64,000 nucleotides of DNA from a virus: positions 1 to 64,000 of the IMG/VR virus record IMGVR_UViG_3300049927_000163; one strand, 5' to 3'. Shown one piece after another: positions 1-9,422 of the stretch (the first letter of the stretch is position 1; each line of letters opens with the position of its first letter). The notes below the pieces were generated by a model. It was not told where the DNA came from and did not search any database. It worked only from the letters and a program-made list of their open reading frames with translations. The position numbers were made by a program, and so were the translations under genes.

Positions 1-127
1 TACTGACAAGAACTTGCCCGCTTGTGCCTAAACCTGACACGTTTTGCAATGCACTTGTGCTAGTAGTTCCGCCAGTTAAAACAGAATATGCCGTAAAGCT
101 TGCATCACCAGTACCACCTTGTGGAAC
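1..127 (+). repeat. Exact 127-bp direct repeat, copy 1
   Basis: Base-by-base identical to 38504..38630; first mismatch at position 128/38631. Confidence 0.95.
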
Positions 128-169
128 AGTAACAGGATTACTTGTGTTCGTTGCATTATTTGTTGCCAT
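1..169 (-). CDS. Tail fibre/receptor-binding protein, 5' part (truncated by window edge)
   Basis: Translates as MATNNATNTSNPVTVPQGGTGDASFTAYSVLTGG..., matching the N-terminus of 38046..38672. Confidence 0.85.
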   Translation of the reverse strand, partial: MATNNATNTSNPVTVPQGGTGDASFTAYSVLTGGTTSTSALQNVSGLGTSGQVLVS

Positions 170-175
170 AAAGCC

Positions 176-631
176 TTAAACCACTGTTATGTTTCTTTCT
201 TCTTCCGCATGACATTTCGGGCAAAGTGTTATCAGATTATCAAGATCATAAGCTTTTGAACTGTCAATCCTTAATGGTATAATGTGATGAATATGCAACT
301 TTTTATTGTATGCCAGACATTTCTTGCATTTATATCCATCACGTTCCAAAACTTTTAGTCTACATTTTTTGGCTTTTGTGCTCTTGTAGTTTTTTCTTAC
401 CTCTAGAGCTCTTAAATCACCTTTACCATCTATATAATTATGAGGTTTATGACCCTTAAGAAATCCATTATCAGGTCGGTGACCTTTTTTATATCTACCG
501 GTATTTTCTTTTCCTGTAGCAGGTTGAAATCTCAGATTATGGCATTTCTTACATCTATGTCTACGCCAATTTTCAATTTTATGAAATTCTGTTATTTCTT
601 TTTCTATATCACAATCAATACATTTCCTCAT
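176..631 (-). CDS. HNH endonuclease (McrA/HNH-like) with N-terminal Zn-finger and KKGHxPxN-type repeats; putative free-standing homing endonuclease
   Basis: VLERDGYKCKKC...LHIHHIIP...DLDNLITLCPKCH motif; absent at the syntenic site in B. Confidence 0.85.
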   Translation of the reverse strand: MRKCIDCDIEKEITEFHKIENWRRHRCKKCHNLRFQPATGKENTGRYKKGHRPDNGFLKGHKPHNYIDGKGDLRALEVRKNYKSTKAKKCRLKVLERDGYKCKKCLAYNKKLHIHHIIPLRIDSSKAYDLDNLITLCPKCHAEEERNITVV

Positions 632-686
632 GATAACCTCATTTTGTTATCATGATTTTACTTAACAGTAATATTACCTTCCACAA

Positions 687-1982
687 CTAAACTACGGTCA
701 CATTTCCAATCGATCCATACACCTGCCAGACTGAAGATGAACCACCAGTTACGCATACTAATTGCAAGGAATCTCTTATGGCAGTAGATGCAAGTGATCC
801 ACCTGTTCCGGCTGTTGTAGAGCTAGTGCCGAAGAAGATTTGTTGCGAAGCATTCTGAGCTATCTTCCAGCCTAGAGCAATGTTAATACCAGTCACATTG
901 AATAAGTCACCAGCGGTAGATGATGCAGGTAAAGTAAGAGTTAGCAATGTGCCCTTATTACAGATATATCCATGACTTGCAACAACAGATTGATCCGCAG
1001 TAATCACCGACCAAGTTAGGCCACCTGCTGCTGGAGCAGCACTTGTCCAATTCGTTCCGTCACTTGTCATGACATTGCCGGATGTTGAAGGCACTGCATA
1101 GGTTTCTGTTGAAGCAACCCAATTCGTTCCATCGGACACGATAATTTTACGTGTTGTCGCGCTCGCATTGGGGAACGTTGGGGTCGAAGCAACCCAATTC
1201 GTTCCGTCCGCCACTAAGACCTTTGATGTGCCTGTGGCGACTGAGGGGTATGTTGCGGTCGAAAAACTTGGCGCTGCTGAGGCATTGGATTGTAATACGT
1301 TACCTGTTGTGCCTGGCCCTGCTAGAATAGAAGGCACTCCAGTATTGCTAGTAACAAGCATACCGTTATTTGCAGTTGCTAGGCCACCTACTACGCTTGT
1401 TGCAGAGGAGTATAGTATCTGACTGACAGTAGTAGTAGCCGGATATGTTGCAGTTGTAGCTACCCAGTTAGTTCCGTCAGCACGAAGGATTGTTCCAGTA
1501 CCTGTTGCTATTGCTGGATAGGTTGCTGTTGAATAAGCTGGATCTGCTGAAGCACCACCTGACTGGAGCACTTGTCCTGCTGAACCGGCTGCTGTTGCAA
1601 CTATGGCACTTGTAGCTTGACCAATGACTACGCCATGGTTAGTGAGGGTAGTTGCAGAAGGAGGTCCAGAGACGTTGATTGTAGCAGTTCCTCCAAGAGA
1701 TACTGGAGAACCTGACACTGATACGTTAGTGCCGTTAGAAAGCGTAATTTGGCCAGATCCTGGAAGGGCTCCAGCTGGGATTGCTCCAAAAGAGGGATCT
1801 CCACCTGTGTTTCCATTTAGAACTTGATTAGTTAAACCTGCTGTAAGAGAAGTAATGCCATTACCTGTTGAACCAATAAGAACAGCATGATTAGTAACGG
1901 GCAATCCGGAAAAAGTGGAAATACCGTTAAAACGCATTATGCCGGCAGTAGTAAGATTTAAGCTATTGGCTGGTATTCCCAT
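687..1982 (-). CDS. Tail fibre protein (DGTNW repeats, C-terminal trimer knob)
   Basis: G/T/S/A-rich; repeated GQVLQS..P.(Y/F)STATYP and DGTNW motifs; C-terminal GYICNKGTLLTLTLP. Confidence 0.75.
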   Translation of the reverse strand: MGIPANSLNLTTAGIMRFNGISTFSGLPVTNHAVLIGSTGNGITSLTAGLTNQVLNGNTGGDPSFGAIPAGALPGSGQITLSNGTNVSVSGSPVSLGGTATINVSGPPSATTLTNHGVVIGQATSAIVATAAGSAGQVLQSGGASADPAYSTATYPAIATGTGTILRADGTNWVATTATYPATTTVSQILYSSATSVVGGLATANNGMLVTSNTGVPSILAGPGTTGNVLQSNASAAPSFSTATYPSVATGTSKVLVADGTNWVASTPTFPNASATTRKIIVSDGTNWVASTETYAVPSTSGNVMTSDGTNWTSAAPAAGGLTWSVITADQSVVASHGYICNKGTLLTLTLPASSTAGDLFNVTGINIALGWKIAQNASQQIFFGTSSTTAGTGGSLASTAIRDSLQLVCVTGGSSSVWQVYGSIGNVTVV

Positions 1983-1997
1983 ATTTACGTAAGTCCT

Positions 1998-2486
1998 TTA
2001 CATTAAGAGCCATGTAGCATCTGCTTCGAGGGCCCACCAAGTTGATGAAGCTTCTCGGTAAACTAATATTAAATTATCTCCAAGGGCTGTACTTGTGGCT
2101 GTGCCACCAACCGAAGAAGATTCAGCACCGATCGCAATAAACTGTGTCGCATCTGCTTGAACTATTACAGAACCTGCTGTATCACAGATAATGCTCACTG
2201 TCTGGCCTTGGGTTGCACCACCTGGCAAAGTCACAGTTAAAGCCGCAGTACAAAAGTACCCTTCATTGACTGTTGCTGAAAAATCGGCTGCTTCATCGGT
2301 CCAGTTCATGATTCCGGATGTAGCTACTATGGTAACAGTATTTCCAGAACCAGAAGTACTAACTGCACCAGAACCAAAAATATTCAAGGTGCTTAATGAT
2401 GAAACCGCAGTACCTGAATTCGTGACAAAGTTGATTGGTACGTTTACCGGCACATTTCCTGTTACTGCTATTGAATAGCCTGACAT
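1998..2486 (-). CDS. Short tail fibre-associated protein
   Basis: C-terminal GYFCTAALTVTLP domain paralogous to the end of 687..1982; ortholog at 39990..40478. Confidence 0.6.
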   Translation of the reverse strand: MSGYSIAVTGNVPVNVPINFVTNSGTAVSSLSTLNIFGSGAVSTSGSGNTVTIVATSGIMNWTDEAADFSATVNEGYFCTAALTVTLPGGATQGQTVSIICDTAGSVIVQADATQFIAIGAESSSVGGTATSTALGDNLILVYREASSTWWALEADATWLLM

Positions 2487-2489
2487 GAA

Positions 2490-2837
2490 TCAACTCGCGT
2501 AGAAGGTTGATAAGTACACTGATCCCGTAGATGCAACGCCTCTAGCATAAAACTGCGTCTTTGCTACCGTCGCAAGGATAGCATTGGACACAGCGTTAGC
2601 TGTTTCATCCAAGGCAAAACCTGCTCCAGGCAAAAGAACAACATGGTCATCTACTCCATTCCAAGAAATAAATACGTTTACGCCAGTGTTGTTGACGAAG
2701 AGGAGTACTCTTGATGGATTGGTAATTGGCGATGCCACAAGACTTGCATTTAGAAAAGGCATGTAGGAGCCTGTGAATGAAGCACTATTTATGCTTCTCA
2801 TTGGCTCTGGTAGTAATCGATCGCTGTAATCAGGCAT
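2490..2837 (-). CDS. Small virion structural protein (beta-sandwich-like)
   Basis: Lies in the tail operon; ortholog at 40482..40829. Confidence 0.5.
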   Translation of the reverse strand: MPDYSDRLLPEPMRSINSASFTGSYMPFLNASLVASPITNPSRVLLFVNNTGVNVFISWNGVDDHVVLLPGAGFALDETANAVSNAILATVAKTQFYARGVASTGSVYLSTFYAS

Positions 2838-2849
2838 ATAATTTCCCTT

Positions 2850-2871
2850 AAAAAAGGGGGATTTCTCCCCC
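2850..2871 (-). terminator. Intrinsic terminator (GGGGGA-GAAA-TCCCCC-T6) after the long tail fibre gene
   Basis: Perfect hairpin with GNRA loop and U-tract; identical copy at 40842..40863. Confidence 0.75.
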
Positions 2872-2876
2872 TATTA

Positions 2877-5066
2877 TTAATTTTGTCTTACGATGAAATA
2901 AGCATATGTAGATACATCGCCCGTTTGCGTCGAACCAGGCGTGCCCACAATCAGTGATGTGACAGTAAAGCTTGTCGCATTGATGATTGTGTATGATAAC
3001 TCACCAAGTGTTGTAGATGCCGCTACACCAATTCTCTGTAGGAATATCCTATCAGCAGTTGCAATGTTTGTATTAGCGATTGTCTGAGTACCAGCAGTTA
3101 GAACACCTGTACCGATAAAGTCAGTTACTGCACCGCCATTCAATTGGAGCTGAGTAGCTACGTTACCTAGGATTAGGTTACCGTTTACAGTTGCACCACC
3201 TGAACCTGTGTTCAAGACAAGGGCTGTTGCGCCTGTTATGTTACCAATTGTGATTGTTCTAGCCGCAGCACCTGTACCAATGTTAATTGCTTGAGCAACA
3301 GCATTGTTACCAACGTTAATCGCAGCTGCTGAGCTATTAAGGCTTAGAGCACCAACTGCATCAACTGTTACAGCCGCACCACCTGATACTGCAATAGCAC
3401 CTGATAGAGCATTACCAATTGTTACTGTTCCTGTGGATGTACCTGAGTTAATCGCTGTGTTAGAGTTTTGGCTAGCGTTGATACTTGCTACGCCTAAGAT
3501 ATTCACTGTTGTTGCGCCATCAGCGTTACCAACTGTCATCGTCTTAGTACCAGTACCAGTCAGAACGTTCAGGGCCATTGTACCAGCAGCTCTATTGCCA
3601 GTAGCAATTGCTGTGGTATGTGTACCTGAAGTTACAGCACCTGTAGCGATGTTAGTAAGCACTTGGCCTAGGGTTACACCACCTGAGTTAACATTGACTG
3701 TTTTTACACTGTTTGCGTTGGTTGTAGCACCGCCTGTACCTAAGTTCAAAGTATCAGTTACAGCAGCTACAACAATTGTTCCACCGGAAACTGTAGTTGT
3801 ACGCGAAGCAGCAGGAGCAATATTGCAAAGATCTGCAGTAGTTACACGAGTATTATTACCGATTGCAAGGACACCCGCACCCGCAGTACCAATACCTGAC
3901 ATGATGTTTACTGTTGTATTACCAACAGACGCACCGTTTGAAATACTGACCGTTTGAGTAGAAGTGTTTATGCCATTGCCAATTAGGATGGTATTTCCAT
4001 CGATACCATTACCGATATTAATAGCTTTTGTACCATTGCCAGTAGCTGCGTTCAGAGTGATAGTTCCAGAAGCGGCATTGCCTGATAGAATGTTGACAGT
4101 TGAATCACCAGCAGAGGCACCAGCTGCAATATTGACTACTTGCGCACCAGTATTGACAGCGTTACCAATGTTGATAGTCTGACCAGAAGCTGAAGTACTA
4201 CGACCTAGAGTGATTGTTCCAGTTCCGACAGCGCCACCTAGAGTAATGGTACCAGAGGTCATCGCATTACCGATTGTCACTGAACCTGTAGTTTGTGTGT
4301 TGCCTATTACGATGGTGTTGGCTCCAGAGCCTCCAACTGTGATTACACGGGCAGTTGTACCGATTGCCAGGTTAACTGCGGCTGCATCATTATCGGAACC
4401 AAGGCCTAAAGTTGTGCCAGCAGTTTTGATATTGGCTGATGCATTGAATGTCGCAAGACCTGAAAAAGTTGTAGCTCCTGCAATTGAAAGCGCGTCATCT
4501 AAAACAACTGCGCCTGTCACATCTAAAGTGCCAGGAAGATCAAGACTATTTGACCAGATTGGATCAGCAGCAGATTGTCCGATTAAAACCTGGTTAGTTG
4601 AACCTACAGCAGTTGGAGTCACTACACCAGTTCCAGAACCAAGCATGATACCATGGTCTGTGATAGTTGTAAGACCGGTTCCCCCTTCAGAAACATCAAG
4701 TGCGGTGGAGAAAACAAGAGTTGTAGCAGTAAGAGTAGTGAATGTACCAGCACCTGGAGTAGTCGTTCCAATATCGCCCGGAGCGGCCATAATTGAAGGC
4801 AGGTTTGATGGTACTAGAGCAAGATTAGTAGCAACTTGTGCAGCGGCTTCGCCATTGGTAGCAATTTCGATCAATCCAGGAACAGTAGTAGAGGCTAAAA
4901 CTCCCCCAGAGAGCGCCACTTGGCTAAGACCATAAGGTGTTACAGCTATTTCTCTATAGTTAGCTGGATTTGGTGTAACTGTTTCTGCGGCAGTTGCAAA
5001 ACGGGTAATTCCAACGGTTTGTTCACTCGCTGGAACTGCACCAAGATAGGAAAGTGGTGAAGACAT
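2877..5066 (-). CDS. Long tail fibre/tailspike (beta-helix-like INIG/VTIG repeats)
   Basis: 729 aa, G/T/N/A-rich periodic repeats; N-terminal ASEQTVGITRFAT / ASTTVPGLIEIAT fibre repeats. Confidence 0.75.
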   Translation of the reverse strand: MSSPLSYLGAVPASEQTVGITRFATAAETVTPNPANYREIAVTPYGLSQVALSGGVLASTTVPGLIEIATNGEAAAQVATNLALVPSNLPSIMAAPGDIGTTTPGAGTFTTLTATTLVFSTALDVSEGGTGLTTITDHGIMLGSGTGVVTPTAVGSTNQVLIGQSAADPIWSNSLDLPGTLDVTGAVVLDDALSIAGATTFSGLATFNASANIKTAGTTLGLGSDNDAAAVNLAIGTTARVITVGGSGANTIVIGNTQTTGSVTIGNAMTSGTITLGGAVGTGTITLGRSTSASGQTINIGNAVNTGAQVVNIAAGASAGDSTVNILSGNAASGTITLNAATGNGTKAINIGNGIDGNTILIGNGINTSTQTVSISNGASVGNTTVNIMSGIGTAGAGVLAIGNNTRVTTADLCNIAPAASRTTTVSGGTIVVAAVTDTLNLGTGGATTNANSVKTVNVNSGGVTLGQVLTNIATGAVTSGTHTTAIATGNRAAGTMALNVLTGTGTKTMTVGNADGATTVNILGVASINASQNSNTAINSGTSTGTVTIGNALSGAIAVSGGAAVTVDAVGALSLNSSAAAINVGNNAVAQAINIGTGAAARTITIGNITGATALVLNTGSGGATVNGNLILGNVATQLQLNGGAVTDFIGTGVLTAGTQTIANTNIATADRIFLQRIGVAASTTLGELSYTIINATSFTVTSLIVGTPGSTQTGDVSTYAYFIVRQN

Positions 5067-5173
5067 TATTTTAAATCCTCGTTTAAGGTAATTTTAAAAC
5101 TTGAGTGTAGGATTAACAATCTTTATGTTATAACAACTATTTCTTTGGCTAAAGTCCCTGTATCTGGAGTTTT

Positions 5174-5419
5174 ATGCAATGTGCTGAATGTAAAAATGAT
5201 ATGAATGATAAAAAAGATAAAAATCTTAGATTTTGCAGTAATATTTGCAAAAATCGGGCTATCAGTCGTTTAAAAAGAGGCGATCATAGACGTGTTTATA
5301 TGATCTGTAGAAACTGTGGAGAAAGATATATAGTGAAAATGTCACAGAAGAATAAGACTAAATATTGCTCTAGAAAGTGTCAGGGAGTGATTTTAGGTAA
5401 AGGAAATAAAAAATGTTGA
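5174..5419 (+). CDS. Small Zn-finger protein (CxxC ... FCS..C repeats)
   Basis: Paired CxxC/CSxxC motifs; ortholog at 43161..43400 shares RGDH. Confidence 0.6.
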   Translation: MQCAECKNDMNDKKDKNLRFCSNICKNRAISRLKRGDHRRVYMICRNCGERYIVKMSQKNKTKYCSRKCQGVILGKGNKKC

Positions 5420-5475
5420 GATAAAATAATTATATAAGCTATAAAATTTCAGTTTCCTAATATAGAGGCATAAAA

Positions 5476-6159
5476 TTGGGCACATTCATAGATTTAACTG
5501 GTAAAATTTTCGGAAAATTAACTGTTTTAGAGAGATGTGGATATACAGGAAAAAACCATATAACTTGGCAATGCCAATGTGAATGTGGAAATAAAAAAAT
5601 TATATGTGGTACAGAACTAAGATCTGGAGACACTAAAAGTTGTGGTTGCTTGCTTTATAAAAAAACTTCAATAGAAGAAAAAGATAATCATACTATAAAA
5701 GTTCTTAAAGAAAATGTTAAAAAAAACGAAAAAACTGGATGTTTTGAATGGAATATGGGATTAAATCATAATGGATATGGATCAGTAAATTATCGAGGTA
5801 AGACAAAACTTGCACATAGAGTAAATTGGATACTAAATAAAGGAGAAATTCCAAAAGGAATGCATGTTTTGCATAAATGTGATAATCCTCGTTGCATATG
5901 TCTAGACCATCTCTTTTTGGGAAGTCATGCCGATAATATGCATGATATGGCTAAAAAACAAAGACATGGTAAAAATAATCATAAAGGTCAAAATCACTAC
6001 AGAACAAAATTTACTGATGAACAGATCTATGATATTAGGAAAAAGTATAAAGAAGGTATAAAACCATATGAAATAGCTAAACTTTATAATAGTAGTTATT
6101 ATTCTATATATTTCGTTGTAACTAGACGTTCATGGAAACACCTAGATGACAAAAAATAA
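5476..6159 (+). CDS. HNH homing endonuclease (HNH_3 type, N-terminal DLTGKxFGKLTV/CxC domain, C-terminal HTH)
   Basis: AHRVNW...VLHKCDNPRC...HLFLGSHADNMHDM motif; AT-rich; absent in B. Confidence 0.85.
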   Translation: MGTFIDLTGKIFGKLTVLERCGYTGKNHITWQCQCECGNKKIICGTELRSGDTKSCGCLLYKKTSIEEKDNHTIKVLKENVKKNEKTGCFEWNMGLNHNGYGSVNYRGKTKLAHRVNWILNKGEIPKGMHVLHKCDNPRCICLDHLFLGSHADNMHDMAKKQRHGKNNHKGQNHYRTKFTDEQIYDIRKKYKEGIKPYEIAKLYNSSYYSIYFVVTRRSWKHLDDKK

Positions 6160-6388
6160 AAAAATTAATCAAATTACAGAAAATGAACTCAATCTCATAA
6201 TTATATATGATAGACATTCACGCTATTCCCAAACATGGCTCATGAAAGAATTTCAAGTATCTAGAAAAACTCTAAAACATATAATTTCTCTTCAACAGAC
6301 TACTGGTAAGCCTAATCCTAAATTATATGAAGAATTTTCCTCTCTAGAAGCATGGCAGCAATATGTTCTATCTTTTTGTGAAGGATAA
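6146..6388 (+). CDS. Small HTH-like protein
   Basis: YSQTWLMKEFQVSRKTLKHII resembles the HTH at the end of HNH endonucleases. Confidence 0.45.
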   Translation: MTKNKKINQITENELNLIIIYDRHSRYSQTWLMKEFQVSRKTLKHIISLQQTTGKPNPKLYEEFSSLEAWQQYVLSFCEG

Positions 6389-6641
6389 TATTTATTGACT
6401 TAAACGCTTTCTTAGATAAGAATGATATAATAACGTGTAGGTTGCAATGGACTTGTATCAACTGCCTGTTATCTTAATCGGTATATATCTTATAAACTAT
6501 ATAACAAATTATAAGAATGAAGTTGATATCTTGAAAAAGAAACAAGCAGATTTGCGAAAAGAGTATGAATTATATCTTGAAAAGAAATTTTATCACGAAT
6601 ATATGAAGAGGAAGTGATGTTAATTGTTATAGGTTTTACCA

Positions 6642-8156
6642 TTATCGTTTTTGTGATTTTGTCTCTTGAATGAAATCTTCAGCATTCAAATCTTTGATTT
6701 CATCATATAATTCAGGAGATTCATCTCTTGATAATTCCTTAAACTCCTCAAATAGTTTATTTGCAATTGGAAGTTGATTATTATTCAAAGCTCTGACAGT
6801 TTTTGCACCCAAATTTTGCATTCTTGGATCGGTAAGATATTTTGTTGCTATCTGTCTTGCCACTAACGGAGTTGTTGCAGCATAAAGCCAGGTATAATCT
6901 CCTGACCAAAGACCATAAAGAGCACTCATACCTTTTACATATAGCATCATATCAGCATGAGGAGGCGGACGTAATTGATTTCCAGTATTTAAAACATTTG
7001 AATATAGCTCATTTGCTAATCGGAAATCTTGTCCTAACTCAGGAGAAATTGCTTCTATAGCTTTTTTAGTCAATTCTTGTAGTTTACCAATTCTCTTTGG
7101 ATCACTGACTTCTTGATAAGCATGCTGATAAAACTTGATAAAATCGTCGCCTGTGCCTTTGCTATTTAATAAATCTTTAAAAACTGGATCTAATTGTTTC
7201 CTAAGACTTGGAGCCAGATCTTCGTATTCTGATACATATTTTTCAAAAAGATCAGGAATGATATTTTTATCTATCTGTTTTATAGCTTCTGGACTTTGTC
7301 TTAAATCATTATAAATATTTCCTACTGATTTCTTACTTGATTTAATTTTATCTTGTGTTCCTTGTCCTTTATAAGACCAACGAGCAAGGAATCTTCTAAA
7401 TTGACTATCTTGATGCAATGCAGGAGCAATTTCAGCATCACTTAAACCCATTCGTTTTGCAAAATCTATAATTTCTTGTTGTCTAGGATTTCTAATACTA
7501 CCTACTAACGCTTTAGAAAGATCTGGTGAAGCAAAGGCTGCTATTTCAGCAATAGTTTGCCCTGTTTCACTTCGTCCCAGTTTCTTTGCAGTTTCACCAG
7601 CTAAGGCAGCTATTCCTGTTCTTGCAAGATTTGATCCTATACCGCCTGGACCTGCTAAAACAGTAGGAGCTAACTTTGTTCCTCTTTTTATAGTTCCTTC
7701 AACAAAACCTTCATTTGCTGGATATCTTTTTTCTAAATCTTCATTTAAATTTTGTCTTTCTTCTTCAGTTTGAGGCTTAAAAGCTTTCTCTTTTTTCATC
7801 TCTTGGAATTCTTTAGGTGTAGTATCTACACCAAGAACTTGCCCAAATTGATTACCAGATTCACCGAAAGGATCTTCATTTATCAAAGATCCAATACTTT
7901 CTCCTAGACCAACGATACCCTGAATTGAACCCTGTTTTGCAGCATTAAAATATGATTGATACCAAGGAACATCTTCTTTGATGGGTTCTGCCATTGCAGC
8001 ATCAGCAAACTCTAGCTCTTCAGGTGTTGCTGCAAACTTAGACTTGCTTGCAGAAGTAGATTGCCTTGATTGTAGAGCCTGCCTTGGCTCTACTGTAGGC
8101 ATGCTCATTTTAGCAAATTCTAGTTCTTCTGGAGTTGCTGCAAATTGGCTTGTCAT
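6642..8156 (-). CDS. Putative DNA ejection/internal virion protein 3
   Basis: Last of three helical proteins after the GNAT-like gene; syntenic with 43933..46275; N-terminal duplicated FAATPEELEFA motif. Confidence 0.55.
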   Translation of the reverse strand: MTSQFAATPEELEFAKMSMPTVEPRQALQSRQSTSASKSKFAATPEELEFADAAMAEPIKEDVPWYQSYFNAAKQGSIQGIVGLGESIGSLINEDPFGESGNQFGQVLGVDTTPKEFQEMKKEKAFKPQTEEERQNLNEDLEKRYPANEGFVEGTIKRGTKLAPTVLAGPGGIGSNLARTGIAALAGETAKKLGRSETGQTIAEIAAFASPDLSKALVGSIRNPRQQEIIDFAKRMGLSDAEIAPALHQDSQFRRFLARWSYKGQGTQDKIKSSKKSVGNIYNDLRQSPEAIKQIDKNIIPDLFEKYVSEYEDLAPSLRKQLDPVFKDLLNSKGTGDDFIKFYQHAYQEVSDPKRIGKLQELTKKAIEAISPELGQDFRLANELYSNVLNTGNQLRPPPHADMMLYVKGMSALYGLWSGDYTWLYAATTPLVARQIATKYLTDPRMQNLGAKTVRALNNNQLPIANKLFEEFKELSRDESPELYDEIKDLNAEDFIQETKSQKR

Positions 8157-9415
8157 TTGATATATTCCTGCACTTTATCATTCGGAAGTATGGTATAGCC
8201 TAACTGTTTTGCTCTTTCAATGGCTTTTTCTGGAGAACCGGTTTTCTTTAAAAATACCTGGAACATGTTTCTAGTGAGTGGAGTTCCTGTGGGAGCTTTT
8301 TTATTAGCCAATTTATAAAGTTCTTTTGTCCCTTTTTCCTTTTCATAGATAGTTCTAGTACGATAAGCCATCCGTTCTTGAATATCTTTTTGGATAGGTT
8401 CCATAGCTTTGAAAGTGCGGGCTTCAATATCTCCGCCTTCATAACCTTGTTTTTTCATATCTTCTTCAGCAAGTTGGTTATAAATTTCAGTTTCAGCTTT
8501 ATCCAGCGCGAGTTCTGCTTCAAGAGCTTCTTGTATAGTCATATTCGCCTCAAGCGTTTGACCTTTTGAAGCGAATGCTCCTGCCATAACTTTTTCAAGC
8601 CACATATTTTGAGCTTTTGCAGACACACGTGTTAAATTTGAGAATAGATTTTCCTTGATAGCTAAATTTAAAGCAGCACCACTTGGCGATCTAAAACCTG
8701 GAACATTAAATAAATCTGCAAGATAGTCTCCGCTAAACATACTTAGATCTTCGCTTTCTAGGGCAGTTCTAGCCAAATCTAAGGCATTTTGCTTTCTAGG
8801 AATAGATTGTCTAAGACCACTGACAGTTTTTCTGAAATCAGCTGATTTTTTTTCATTATAGTCTCTCTCAGACTCAAAAGCTCTACGCTTGTACTCTTCT
8901 CCTTTAACTTTTTGTTCTGCTTGTTTTTGCAAGATATTTGCAACAGGCGGATTTAAACCAGCTAACTCTTGAATAAATTGTTGCTTACGAATATTAGGAT
9001 CTTTCTGAGGCGGGTCTTGAGCAGGCATGTTACTGGAGAATTTAGACCGCACTCCCTGTTGAGACTGTCCTTGCATACCAGGTTGCGTTTGAGGCTGTCC
9101 TTGGCCTTGCATTTCATTGCCAAGGTTGGTTAAAGGCTGCGATCCAGTGTCAACTGCTTCTACATTGTCAATATCGTTATATTTGTCAACAAGTCCACTT
9201 GTACGTCTTTGCTTGTCAAATTTTAATATGGCATTAAAGTCACCTGATCGCGCAAGTATGCTTGATTTCTCAATATCAGGAGTATTGGGATCAGCAAAGC
9301 GCTGCATATCACTTTGTTGTTGCTGTTGAGCTTTAAGTTGAGCGTAACCTTGAGCTGCACCTAAAAATTGATTACCTATTCCCTCAGCTATCTCTGCTGG
9401 TGTTCGATATACCAT
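8153..9415 (-). CDS. Putative DNA ejection/internal virion protein 2
   Basis: Q-rich helical protein at the P22 gp20-like position; start re-set to MVYRTPAE. Confidence 0.55.
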   Translation of the reverse strand: MVYRTPAEIAEGIGNQFLGAAQGYAQLKAQQQQQSDMQRFADPNTPDIEKSSILARSGDFNAILKFDKQRRTSGLVDKYNDIDNVEAVDTGSQPLTNLGNEMQGQGQPQTQPGMQGQSQQGVRSKFSSNMPAQDPPQKDPNIRKQQFIQELAGLNPPVANILQKQAEQKVKGEEYKRRAFESERDYNEKKSADFRKTVSGLRQSIPRKQNALDLARTALESEDLSMFSGDYLADLFNVPGFRSPSGAALNLAIKENLFSNLTRVSAKAQNMWLEKVMAGAFASKGQTLEANMTIQEALEAELALDKAETEIYNQLAEEDMKKQGYEGGDIEARTFKAMEPIQKDIQERMAYRTRTIYEKEKGTKELYKLANKKAPTGTPLTRNMFQVFLKKTGSPEKAIERAKQLGYTILPNDKVQEYIK

Positions 9416-9422
9416 AATACCC

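Noticed and set aside
3304-4935. Long + strand ORFs (217 and 241 aa; also 41296..42459) opposite the tail fibre genes
   Set aside because: Antisense shadows of Gly/Thr/Ala/Asn-rich codons that rarely create stops on the opposite strand; no SD or recognisable domain
8005-8150. Direct repeat encoding FAATPEELEFA twice
   Set aside because: Short in-frame duplication at a protein N-terminus, common in ejection proteins; no further structure
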